In this document: positions 18,402 through 27,129 of the stretch, piece by piece
Position numbering within the stretch: the stretch's first letter is position 1
How the letters are laid out: each line of letters opens with the position of its first letter
Assembly: GCA_910586365.1 (NCBI GenBank)
Contig: CAJUGP010000007.1
Location: 1,157 to 65,156 of the forward strand
Reading direction: 5' to 3'
From: an uncultured Christensenella sp.
Lineage (GTDB): Bacteria > Bacillota > Clostridia > Christensenellales > Borkfalkiaceae
DNA: 64,000 nt
Made by a program: the position numbers and the translations under genes
The notes under the pieces: generated by a model
What the model saw: only the letters and a program-made list of their open reading frames with translations
What the model was told of the DNA's origin: nothing
Database searches by the model: none

Positions 18402-21065
18402 TTATTTTTCCTTTCTCTTGCGAAGCGCTACCGCCGCCGCGCCGACCGCCGCCAATGCCAAGCAGCCTGCCGCCGCGCCGTATGCGCCGACTTCGGAAGA
18501 GCAACCCTTCTTTTCGGGTTCGGGCTTATCGTCGCCGCCGGGACCGACGGGCGCGCCGCCCTTCACCGCAAGCGTTACGTTAAAGGTGAGCTTATCGAAC
18601 GCGCTCCAAACCTCCACGCGCACTTCGGTATTGTTTTGAATGTTATCGAGCGTGAACACGCCGTTTTCGCTCAGTGCGCCGTTTTCCGTAACCAGATTCC
18701 AACCGAGCGCGTAACCGTCTTCGTTGTTCACGTACTGTTTGAAATCGATGCTGACGTTCGCGCCCTTGTCGTATTCGCCCAGCGTGACGGGCTTCGACGA
18801 AATGCTGCCGCCGAACTGCGTGAGATAATCCACCCATTCGCCGCCGTTCGCGTTCGCCTCGAAGTCGTAAACGCCCGAAACCTTGTTGGTCGAACCGTCC
18901 GCCGTGATCATATATACGGGACGGGAATCGACGACGGGGTCGACGATATCGAACTGCTGCACGATGACGCCCGTTACGGTGTTGATCTTCATTTGCGTCG
19001 TCGCCCAGCCGTTGCCCGACGCACCCGCGTTCGCATAGCTGTTCGCAATGTCGCCCGTGGAGATATATACCTTGCCGTCCATCGGGTTGTAAAGCATGAT
19101 TGTGTTATCGCCCCAGAAGTTCGCGTTGCCGTTGCCGCCTTTCAGCGTGAGCTTGATAACGCCGGACTGACCCGATTTCCAGAACAGAATGCCGCTGGGA
19201 GAAGGCGTGCCCGCCGAGAAGCCGATTGCAAACGCGTCGTCGTACGCTTTTTTGAACGCCGCCGCCAAAACTTCGTCCGAAGGCTGTTCTTTGCCCCACT
19301 TGGTCCAATAAGCGTCGTCCACGCTGGCGTCGTTGCCGTTCGTCGTATGCTGAACGATGTTCGGCGTGATATTCTCGGAGAAGCTCGTCGTAGCGAAATA
19401 ATTCTTTTCTTCGTCGTATTCCGCGCCCTCGGTCGCAACGGCGTATTCGTTGATGACCGTAACAACCTGCCCGTCTTCGATCTTCGCCTGTTCGCTCACC
19501 GTGAGTTTGATATAGCCGTTTGCGAACGGATAAGCGTAAACGGTCGTATCGTCCGTTTCGGCTACCGCAATGCGATCGCCCGTAACATTGCCGAGCGCGC
19601 CCGTCACCTTTTCCGCCACGGCGGGACGAAGATAATAGAATGCGTCTTGATCGGCGTTGTAAACCAAACGGTGCTGTTTGCCCGCGTTATCGGTATAGGT
19701 CTGCGAGAATCTGCCGTTTTCGTAAACGACTTTCGCAACCGCGGCAAGCGTTTCGCCTTCGAGATATTTCACCTTATCCGCATACGCGGCTTTGAATGCC
19801 GCGCTGAACGTGGCGCGCGTGTAGTTATCGGGAATGTGATCGTCTTTGACGGTGGGACCGAACGCGCCGATATTGTTTTCGATACTGATATCGCTTTCGG
19901 TTCCGTCAAGACCCATGGTCTTGCCCTTCACCATGGAAGCGTTTGTATTCCGCGGCTCCGTACCCTCGGCTTTCATGTAGCCGTTTTCAAAGTTCTGATA
20001 ACGGTTTCCGTCCACCTCGAACGCGTCGCCCAAAGGCGAGCCGAGCTTCTTTGCATCGCCGTTCATTTCTTCCAAACGCGCAAATTCGTCGGTAATGAGG
20101 TATGCCGTCGCGTCGTCCGCGTTATAGGAAAGGTACGCCCACTTGCTGCGTCCGCCATCGTCCCAAGGGTCGGAAACGCTGTCGCCGTTGCGGAAATACT
20201 GCCAGGTGTGCCCTTCTTCTCTTTTTACGACCGAGAAAGGATAACCGACGTTGTAACCATCTTCTTTATAACGGTTATACGCGTCTGCAAACGCCTGATT
20301 GAGCGCTTTGTTCGTCGTGCCGACGTTCTGAGCGATCGCGTCGTTCGCCGCGCCGACGTAACCCGAATCGGTGGGATTGACGTCGACTTCCGTTCCTTCC
20401 GCCGTAACGTTCTTACCCGAAACCTCGGACACGCTGCCGTTTACCAACTTCATATAGCCGCCCGCGAAGTTCTGATAGGTGGTATACCCCCCCCCTTCGG
20501 CGTTCTCGACACGGAACATATCGCTCGTCGCCGTGCCTAATTTTTTACCGTTGCCCGAATAATAATCGGCAAATTCCGCCGTAACGATATACGCTTTGTC
20601 CGCGCCGCCGTCGTACGTGAGCCAGCCGACGTAGTGCTCGCCCCATCCGCCGTAACCTGCATTCAGATATTTCAAATCGGCAACCGCCGTGCTGTCCCAC
20701 GTTTTCCAGTTGCTGCGGCTGTTGTCCTGCGTGAGGTGTCCGTCGGTGCTGTCTTCATGCTGCGAATATACGACGATTTCGCCCGCCGCATAGGCGTCCG
20801 CAAGCGAAGTGCCGTCGGCAGTCGCCTCGTCGATCGCCGTATTCAGTTCTTTCACCTTGTCGTTCAGCGCTTTGAGCACGTCCTCTTTCGCGTCGCCGCC
20901 CGCATAAACGGGATATTCGTTATCGTTATCCCCGTTCGCGCCGAGATTGTAATCCCCCGCGGCAAACGCGCGAATGGGCATCGCCAACGCCGATCCCATC
21001 AGCACGCACGATAAACCGAGTGCGGCAAGCCCTGCAACAACGGTTACTTTTTTAGTCTTTGTCAT
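18402..21065 (-). CDS. Secreted 887-aa repeat protein with LGFP-like repeats and C-terminal membrane anchor
   Basis: Signal peptide MTKTKKVTVVAGLAALGLSCVLMGSALA. Repeated KKLG(T/S)..D.F.V......YQNF.(G/N)GYMK units. C-terminal hydrophobic helix plus RKRKEK, with no LPXTG. Confidence 0.7.
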   Translation of the reverse strand: MTKTKKVTVVAGLAALGLSCVLMGSALAMPIRAFAAGDYNLGANGDNDNEYPVYAGGDAKEDVLKALNDKVKELNTAIDEATADGTSLADAYAAGEIVVYSQHEDSTDGHLTQDNSRSNWKTWDSTAVADLKYLNAGYGGWGEHYVGWLTYDGGADKAYIVTAEFADYYSGNGKKLGTATSDMFRVENAEGGGYTTYQNFAGGYMKLVNGSVSEVSGKNVTAEGTEVDVNPTDSGYVGAANDAIAQNVGTTNKALNQAFADAYNRYKEDGYNVGYPFSVVKREEGHTWQYFRNGDSVSDPWDDGGRSKWAYLSYNADDATAYLITDEFARLEEMNGDAKKLGSPLGDAFEVDGNRYQNFENGYMKAEGTEPRNTNASMVKGKTMGLDGTESDISIENNIGAFGPTVKDDHIPDNYTRATFSAAFKAAYADKVKYLEGETLAAVAKVVYENGRFSQTYTDNAGKQHRLVYNADQDAFYYLRPAVAEKVTGALGNVTGDRIAVAETDDTTVYAYPFANGYIKLTVSEQAKIEDGQVVTVINEYAVATEGAEYDEEKNYFATTSFSENITPNIVQHTTNGNDASVDDAYWTKWGKEQPSDEVLAAAFKKAYDDAFAIGFSAGTPSPSGILFWKSGQSGVIKLTLKGGNGNANFWGDNTIMLYNPMDGKVYISTGDIANSYANAGASGNGWATTQMKINTVTGVIVQQFDIVDPVVDSRPVYMITADGSTNKVSGVYDFEANANGGEWVDYLTQFGGSISSKPVTLGEYDKGANVSIDFKQYVNNEDGYALGWNLVTENGALSENGVFTLDNIQNNTEVRVEVWSAFDKLTFNVTLAVKGGAPVGPGGDDKPEPEKKGCSSEVGAYGAAAGCLALAAVGAAAVALRKRKEK

Positions 21066-21090
21066 AACTTTCCTCCCTAAATTTTTTTAA

Positions 21091-22020
21091 TTATTCTTTA
21101 ATACCGCCCAAAGCCACGCCTTGAACGAAATATTTCTGCATACACACGAAGAGAACGAGTACGGGCAGCGCCATTAGGAGCGAAAGCGCCATGAGCGGAC
21201 CGTAATCCACTTCGGCAGGCGTTTTGAAGAACTTGAACGCCATGGTGAGCAACTGGTTTTCGGGACTTTGCAACACGATATTCGGCCACATGAAGTTGTT
21301 CCAACCGCTTTGGAACGTAAAGATGCCGAGCGTGAGCAACCCCGGAATGACGAGCGGCAGGTAAATCCGAAAATAGATCAGAAATTCCCCCGCGCCGTCG
21401 ATACGCGCGCTTTCCGCCATATCGTCGGGAAGCGACACGAAGAACTGCCGCATAAAGAAGATACCGTACACACCCACCGCGCCCGGCAGAATGACCGCCG
21501 CAAGGTTATCGTAGAACCCGATGCCGCCCTGTCCGAAGAAGTTGTTGCCGCCCGCAAGCGGGAAACGCAGCAGCACGAAGAAGGTGGGAATGAGCGTGAT
21601 AACGCCGGGGATCATCATGGAGCTGAGCAGAATGTTGAAGATCACCCTGTGTCCCGAAAACTTGATCTTGGAAAAGGCGTACGCCGCAAGCGAACCGAAA
21701 AACAAGTTGGTTACCACGCCCGCACTCGTCGTGATCAAGCTGTTGAGCATCATTTTGAAGAACGGGATCGTCTTGAATACCTTTGCGTAGTGCTCGCCCG
21801 TAAACACGCTCGGGAACCAGGTGACGGGCAAACGCATGATCTCCTCTTCGGCGCGGATCGAGGTCACGAGCGACCAATAAAAGGGCAGGCACATGACGAA
21901 CGTCATGAACAGCAGGATCGCGTAAAGCGCCGTCTGCTTGCCGACCTCGCGCGCAATGCGTTTTTTTCTGTCCCAATCTTTTATGTTGCATTTGGGATTG
22001 AGTTTATTAAGCGTTTTCAT
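21091..22020 (-). CDS. Carbohydrate ABC transporter permease (MalG-type)
   Basis: Real start is ATG 22020 (MKTLNKLNPK) inside track ORF 21091..22545, whose N-terminal 175 aa are Arg-rich junk. EAA loop AESARIDGAGEFLIYFRIYLPLVIP. 1-nt TGATG overlap with the upstream permease. Confidence 0.9.
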   Translation of the reverse strand: MKTLNKLNPKCNIKDWDRKKRIAREVGKQTALYAILLFMTFVMCLPFYWSLVTSIRAEEEIMRLPVTWFPSVFTGEHYAKVFKTIPFFKMMLNSLITTSAGVVTNLFFGSLAAYAFSKIKFSGHRVIFNILLSSMMIPGVITLIPTFFVLLRFPLAGGNNFFGQGGIGFYDNLAAVILPGAVGVYGIFFMRQFFVSLPDDMAESARIDGAGEFLIYFRIYLPLVIPGLLTLGIFTFQSGWNNFMWPNIVLQSPENQLLTMAFKFFKTPAEVDYGPLMALSLLMALPVLVLFVCMQKYFVQGVALGGIKE

Positions 22021-22928
22021 CAAGCTTTCTCCTTCGCCCCGTCGCGGTCGAACCTGCGCACGACGACTGTGACCAACATGATGATAACAAACAAGACGAA
22101 CGATTGCGCAGCGGCGTAACCTGCCTGCGCGCCCGCATTGTTCCCGAACGAATTCTGCCAGATGAGGTAGACGGGCGTAAGCGTGGAGTTCGCAGGTCCG
22201 CCCGAAGTGAGCACGTAAACCTGATCGTAGAGCTGGAATGCGCCGATGAGCGTCATCGTAAGGATAAAGTACATGGTGGGCGCGAGCAGCGGAATGGTAA
22301 TGCGGAAGAACATGGTTACGGGTCCCGCGCCGTCGAGCTTCGCCGCCTCGTAGAGCTGGGCGGGCACGTTTTGCAGCGCCGCGACGAAGATGATCATGTT
22401 TCCGCCGATCCCCTGCCACACCGTGATGAGCGTAACCGAAACAAGCGCGGTTTTGGAATGCGTGAGCCACGTTCCCGCAGGCAGTCCGAACGCCGTAAGA
22501 ATGTTGTTGAGCAAGCCGTAAGCGGGATTCATGAGCCACAGCCACACGATACTCGCCGCAACCGTACTCGTTACGCTCGGCAGATAGAAGAGCACGCGGA
22601 AGAGCTTAACACCGCGGATCTTACTGTTGACGAGCGCCGCGAACACGAGCGAAATGGAAACGTTGAGCGGAACCGCCATGAGCGTGTAGAGCAGGATATT
22701 GCCCACCGCGCGCCAAAACAGCGAATCGCGGAACACGCGCGCGAAGTTTTTGAACCCGACACCCGTCATCTCCGTGAAGAACATATCCGTTTTGTAAAAG
22801 CTCAGCGTCAGCGAAAGAATGAGCGGAATCAAAACGAATATCAGAAAGCACAGCAACGCGGGGAAGACGAACACATACCCCACGATATTGCGCCGCGCCT
22901 TCATGGAGAGCTGTTTTGCGCCCTTCAT
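22020..22928 (-). CDS. Carbohydrate ABC transporter permease (MalF-type)
   Basis: 302 aa. EAA loop YEAAKLDGAGPVTMFFRITIPLLAP. Confidence 0.9.
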   Translation of the reverse strand: MKGAKQLSMKARRNIVGYVFVFPALLCFLIFVLIPLILSLTLSFYKTDMFFTEMTGVGFKNFARVFRDSLFWRAVGNILLYTLMAVPLNVSISLVFAALVNSKIRGVKLFRVLFYLPSVTSTVAASIVWLWLMNPAYGLLNNILTAFGLPAGTWLTHSKTALVSVTLITVWQGIGGNMIIFVAALQNVPAQLYEAAKLDGAGPVTMFFRITIPLLAPTMYFILTMTLIGAFQLYDQVYVLTSGGPANSTLTPVYLIWQNSFGNNAGAQAGYAAAQSFVLFVIIMLVTVVVRRFDRDGAKEKA

Positions 22929-24400
22929 CAGTCTCTCCCCTGCGATTGACGCAACAACACGTTGCCTTTGGAGCGGATATTGCCGTACGTTTTGAATACC
23001 GTTTGGCTGCCCTCTTTCAGCGACTGAATTTCCGAACGAACTACGCTCGACTCGAACGTTTCGTATCCCGCCACGCTCGGGCGCATTTTATAGTTTTGGA
23101 TATAGGGCAAAATGTCGGCAATCACGCCCGTGTTTTCGGTGTAGAAGGAGTGCTCCCAAAGATCGGTGCGGCAGGTGATCGCTTCGTTTTCGGTGAAATA
23201 AAGCGCCTGCATCTCGTCGTTCGTGAGCCAAAGCTTGATCACTTCCCACGCTTTCTCAACGTGCTTCTGCCATTCCTGCGTGCGCATCGCCTTGTTTACG
23301 GGCTGGGGAATGGTCAAGCCGTAGCCGCCCAGCATGCCGCCGACCTGTCCGTTCGTCATGCCGAGGCTGTCGGTATCCGTCGCGGTGAGCGTCTGCGGTT
23401 TATCTTCGCCGTTCAGATACGTTCTGTCGCGGGCGGGATAAGGGATCATCTTATAATTTTTGAGCTTATAAGAGGAGAGCGACTGCGGGAAATAAAGCGA
23501 ACCGTAGGTCATCGAGCAAAGCCCGTTTCCGAAGGCGTCCGTGCCGCCGTGCCCCGTGTTGCAAAGCTTTTTGGCATACAATTCATTGAAGAACGCAAGC
23601 GTATCGTACACGCGCAGCGACTGCGCATCCTGCATAAAGCCCGTGCCTTCCGCCATAACTGTGTCGCCGTAGGTCGGGCTGTTCTTATCGCTGTTGATCA
23701 GCTCGCCCGTACCCGTGAACACGAACGAGAAGAACTGTCCGTCCGCGCTCGTGGTGTTCAAGCCCGAACGGGTGATGTTGCTGCCCTCTTTCACGGTGAG
23801 CTTTTCCGCCGCGTCGAGCAGCTTGGTCCAAGTGTTGAGGTTCGCAACGTCGATCGCTTCGCCTTCGGCTGCGGTTTCGTTAAACGCGTTCACTTGATCC
23901 ATATTGACGTAGATCCCCCACGGGTCGGCGTCGAGCGGCAAACCGTATTGCGTTTCGTTCACCGTGAGTTCGTCGTACGCCTCGGGAAGAAAGTTTTCCG
24001 TTTCGATGTTATCTTGCTCGATTTTATCGTCGAGTGGCAGCAAAAAGTTCGTGTTGGAAGGCGTGGCGAACCGATCCCAGATCACGATATCGGGCATCTT
24101 ATTCGGTCCGGAAACGCACGCGGTGCTGAGCGCGGTGGGCAGCTGCACCATCGGCTCGAACTTTAACTTCACGCCCAAATCCTTGATCTGCTGCGTTTCG
24201 TTGAACTTATCCAAAAATCCTTGGAATTTGGTTTTGACGGCGTCGCCCGCATATTCGTCGGGCGCCCAAATGTAGAGCAGAAGCCTGCCGTCCTCGTACT
24301 TGCTGTAATTGTTGGCGTTCGATCCGCCGCAGCCCGCCGCCGTACCGACGACCGCCGCGCAAAGCGCCAAAACCGAAATACCGCGCATGATTTTTTTCAT
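22928..24400 (-). CDS. Extracellular solute-binding lipoprotein of a sugar ABC importer
   Basis: Start at ATG 24400 (MKKIMRGISVLALCAAVVGTAAGC) inside track ORF 22928..24460. RBS AAAGGAGGAAAAATT. Confidence 0.85.
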   Translation of the reverse strand: MKKIMRGISVLALCAAVVGTAAGCGGSNANNYSKYEDGRLLLYIWAPDEYAGDAVKTKFQGFLDKFNETQQIKDLGVKLKFEPMVQLPTALSTACVSGPNKMPDIVIWDRFATPSNTNFLLPLDDKIEQDNIETENFLPEAYDELTVNETQYGLPLDADPWGIYVNMDQVNAFNETAAEGEAIDVANLNTWTKLLDAAEKLTVKEGSNITRSGLNTTSADGQFFSFVFTGTGELINSDKNSPTYGDTVMAEGTGFMQDAQSLRVYDTLAFFNELYAKKLCNTGHGGTDAFGNGLCSMTYGSLYFPQSLSSYKLKNYKMIPYPARDRTYLNGEDKPQTLTATDTDSLGMTNGQVGGMLGGYGLTIPQPVNKAMRTQEWQKHVEKAWEVIKLWLTNDEMQALYFTENEAITCRTDLWEHSFYTENTGVIADILPYIQNYKMRPSVAGYETFESSVVRSEIQSLKEGSQTVFKTYGNIRSKGNVLLRQSQGRD

Positions 24401-24540
24401 AATTTTTCCTCCTTTATCTCCGATCGCCAACAATATAACACACTTTTTGAATACTGACAATACTTATATAACCTTTTAAGTCATATTTTAATGCTTTATA
24501 ACATTTACATAACAAATTAAATTTTTTCACAAATTACAAC

Positions 24541-24569
24541 TTGACGAAATGGGTTTTTTATGATATAAT
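24541..24569 (+). promoter_or_regulatory. Promoter of the regulator gene: TTGACG-17-TGaTATAAT (extended -10)
   Basis: TTGACG 24541-24546, TATAAT 24564-24569 preceded by TGA. Confidence 0.55.
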
Positions 24570-24601
24570 AAGAGTGAAATTCACAAAAAACGGGGTTGAA
24601 T

Positions 24602-25702
24602 ATGAAACAGTCTGACACTTCGCGCCGTTCTCTTTACATGGACGTGTACGGAAAAATCAAAAATGATATTCTCGTCGGGAAGTATCCGCCGGGGACGATC
24701 CTGCCCACCGAGGCGGAGCTTTCGGAAACGTTTTTCGTTTCGCGCATCACCATTCAAAAGGCGATGCAGCTTTTGAAAAAAGACGGCTACATTTCGCGCA
24801 CGCCGGGGCGCGGCACATTCGTGGAGCAGATCCCGACCAAGCCGCAGCAGCATACGATCGGGCTGATCTTGTGCAATATCGCATACAGCTTCGGTTTGAA
24901 AATCTTGACTTCGGTCGAACGGGCGGCAAGCGCACACGGCTACCACGTTATCTTCAAAAACTCGGTGGACTCGGTCGAGGAAGAAACAAAAGCTATTAAC
25001 GAATTGGTCGCGCTCGGCGTGGAAGGCATCATCATTCAGCCCACGCACAGCGAATTTTATAACGAAACGCTTGTGAAGCTCCACTTCCGCAAATTCCCGA
25101 TCGTGCTTGTCGACCGCTATTTCGCAGGCTTCGCCATTCCCAGCGTTTCGACAAACAACTTCGAGGCGTCGCAGGCGGTCACGCAATACCTGTTCGGCAA
25201 AGGACACGAAAAAATCGGCTTTGTTTCAAGTCCGCAAACGTACACTTCCTCGGTGCAGGAACGGCTCGACGGCTTCACCTCGATGTACGTTACCAATCAC
25301 AAGACCTCGGAAGATTTCTGCACGCTCAACACGATCATGAGTCCGCACGCGGCGAACGATACCGAAGTGGGACGAAACGACGTCGAGGAGATCAAACGGT
25401 TCCTTGCCGCCAATCCCGATATGACCGCGCTCATCTCTTCGGAGTTCTCGGTTACGCAGCTTATCGTTTCCACTTTGCGCGAAATGAAAAAAAGTATCCC
25501 CGAGGACTATTCGCTCGTCATGTTCGACTCCTACGAATCGGTCACGCTGCCCCTCTTTACCCACGTTTACCAAGACCAGGAGGAAATCGGGCGCATTGCC
25601 TTTGAAACGCTGCTCGCCTATATCGCGAACAAGGTGGTCGGCACGAAAATCTACGTACCCTTTAAGATCGTCGAAGGAAACTCGGTAAAAACCGTTCTTT
25701 AA
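24602..25702 (+). CDS. Transcriptional regulator with GntR-type winged HTH and LacI/PBP1-type sugar-binding domain
   Basis: Track ORF starts at TTG 24596; ATG 24602 is preferred. N-terminal LPTEAELSETFFVSRITIQKAMQLLKKDGYISRTPGRGTFV. The C-terminal two-lobe periplasmic-binding-protein pattern includes VDGIIIQP-like VEGIIIQP. Confidence 0.8.
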   Translation: MKQSDTSRRSLYMDVYGKIKNDILVGKYPPGTILPTEAELSETFFVSRITIQKAMQLLKKDGYISRTPGRGTFVEQIPTKPQQHTIGLILCNIAYSFGLKILTSVERAASAHGYHVIFKNSVDSVEEETKAINELVALGVEGIIIQPTHSEFYNETLVKLHFRKFPIVLVDRYFAGFAIPSVSTNNFEASQAVTQYLFGKGHEKIGFVSSPQTYTSSVQERLDGFTSMYVTNHKTSEDFCTLNTIMSPHAANDTEVGRNDVEEIKRFLAANPDMTALISSEFSVTQLIVSTLREMKKSIPEDYSLVMFDSYESVTLPLFTHVYQDQEEIGRIAFETLLAYIANKVVGTKIYVPFKIVEGNSVKTVL

Positions 25703-25707
25703 CGCAA

Positions 25708-25736
25708 AAAGACCCCGAACGGCGTCTTTTTTATTT
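25708..25736 (+). terminator. Rho-independent terminator after the regulator gene
   Basis: AAAGACCCCGAACGGCGTCTTT followed by TTTTATTT. Confidence 0.6.
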
Positions 25737-25798
25737 GCTAATTTTTTTGCGGCGTGATAAAATAATCCTCGTGCGCCGCGCGCGCAAGAGGTTGCAAT

Positions 25799-26743
25799 AT
25801 GCGCGAATTTATTACCACGCTCATTATGGTGGGCGTTATGCTCGCTTACGCCGTACCGGGGTTTATACTCGTGAAATCGAAGGCGGTAAAACCCGAAAGC
25901 ATTTCGGCTTTTTCCAAAGTTCTAATGTACGTATGCCAGCCCGCGCTGACGTTTTACTCCTTTAACAAAGCCGATTTCACCCCCGCGCTCGGGCTCGATC
26001 TCATTATCTTTTTTGCGATCATCACCGCCGTGCAGCTTATTTTCCTCGGCGCGTTTTATCTGATCTTCCGCAAAAAAATGCAGGACGTACGTTACCGTAT
26101 CGCCACCGTCGCCACGACCCTTTCCAACTGCTCTTTCCTCGGGATCCCCGTGCTCGAAGCGATCTTTCCCGATTCGCCCAACGTCGCCGTTTATTCCATG
26201 ATGTACTTCCTTTCCATGAGTCTTTTGGGCTGGACGCTCGTTTCCGCCATTATCACGCGCGATAAAAAGTACGTCAGCATCAAAAAAGTCGTGCTCAATC
26301 CCGCCACGCTCTCCATTCTCGCCGCCCTTCCCTTTTTCCTGACGGGCTTCAAGATCGGCGCGGAACACGGGCAGGTTTTGGCGCAAGTCGGCAACATGAT
26401 CACCGTGCTTGGCAAAATGACGACGCCCCTCTGCATGCTTGTTTTGGGCATGCGGCTCGCTACCGTCAAATTCAAAAGCCTGTTTACAAGCTGGCTGCAA
26501 TACCTGAGCGTGGGCGTCAATCAGCTGCTGTTCCCCCTCTGCGTTTTGGGGATTATCTATTGGCTGCCCGTAAACGCGGAACTGAAATGGTGCATGTACG
26601 TGATGTGCGCCTGCCCCGTCGCGTCGGTGGTGCAGAATTACGCGGAAATTTTAGGCGAAGGACAGGAAGCGGCAGCCGACACCGTTCTGCTCGGCGCGTT
26701 CGCCTCAATCGCCACCCTGCCTTTGTTAGCGCTGCTCCTTTGA
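25799..26743 (+). CDS. AEC (auxin efflux carrier) family membrane transporter
   Basis: 314 aa with about 10 TM segments. The N-terminal pattern ...GFILVKSKAVKPESISAFSKVLMYVCQPALTFYSF is typical of the family. Confidence 0.8.
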   Translation: MREFITTLIMVGVMLAYAVPGFILVKSKAVKPESISAFSKVLMYVCQPALTFYSFNKADFTPALGLDLIIFFAIITAVQLIFLGAFYLIFRKKMQDVRYRIATVATTLSNCSFLGIPVLEAIFPDSPNVAVYSMMYFLSMSLLGWTLVSAIITRDKKYVSIKKVVLNPATLSILAALPFFLTGFKIGAEHGQVLAQVGNMITVLGKMTTPLCMLVLGMRLATVKFKSLFTSWLQYLSVGVNQLLFPLCVLGIIYWLPVNAELKWCMYVMCACPVASVVQNYAEILGEGQEAAADTVLLGAFASIATLPLLALLL

Positions 26744-26752
26744 TCGGTCCAT

Positions 26753-26786
26753 AAAAAAAGGAACGCACACGCGTTCCCTTTTTTTA
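26753..26786. terminator. Bidirectional terminator between convergent genes
   Basis: AAAAAAA-GGAACGC-acac-GCGTTCC-CTTTTTTTATT. Confidence 0.65.
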
Positions 26787-27128
26787 TTCCAAATACATTA
26801 GCATAAATAAAATGTTTTCGTTCACATATACGATCTCCTGAAACAGCTTGTCCACTTTGAAATTGTGCTGCGTAAAGTTTACCATCAGCTCCCGAATCAA
26901 ATCGTGCAGCAGCGTAAACGAAAGCTTGCGCGCGATCTTTCTTACCTTATTCGCCGCGTAAAACGCTTCCTTATAATTTCCCGCTTCGTACGCCGTTTTG
27001 AAGATCTCAAAATTGGGATCGGCGGGATATTTGCGCACAAAGTGGGCGACGTACTCTCTCTTTTTCATCCATTTGATGATTTCTTCGTAATTGCCGCCCG
27101 TTCCCGAATAAAATAATCTGATCGTCAT
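26784..27128 (-). CDS. HPt-like four-helix protein lacking the phospho-accepting His (degenerate HPt)
   Basis: 114 aa. GGNYEEIIKWMKKREYVAHFVRKY...AGNYKEAFYAANKVRKIARKLSF resembles stand-alone clostridial HPt proteins (..EAFRxAHTLKG..NLxF.., recalled from memory), with N where the His is expected. 1-nt gap after the REC-HD-GYP gene. Confidence 0.5.
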   Translation of the reverse strand: MTIRLFYSGTGGNYEEIIKWMKKREYVAHFVRKYPADPNFEIFKTAYEAGNYKEAFYAANKVRKIARKLSFTLLHDLIRELMVNFTQHNFKVDKLFQEIVYVNENILFMLMYLE

Positions 27129-27129
27129 A

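Noticed and set aside
21091-22545. N-terminal extensions of track ORFs (for example 21091..22545, 10362..11687, 17059..18504, 15842..17188, 22928..24460, 51495..52550, 37406..38917)
   Set aside because: The extensions overlap the upstream gene and are Arg-rich or antisense-like. In each case an internal ATG with a GGAGG-type RBS and a proper signal peptide or family N-terminus gives the natural start.
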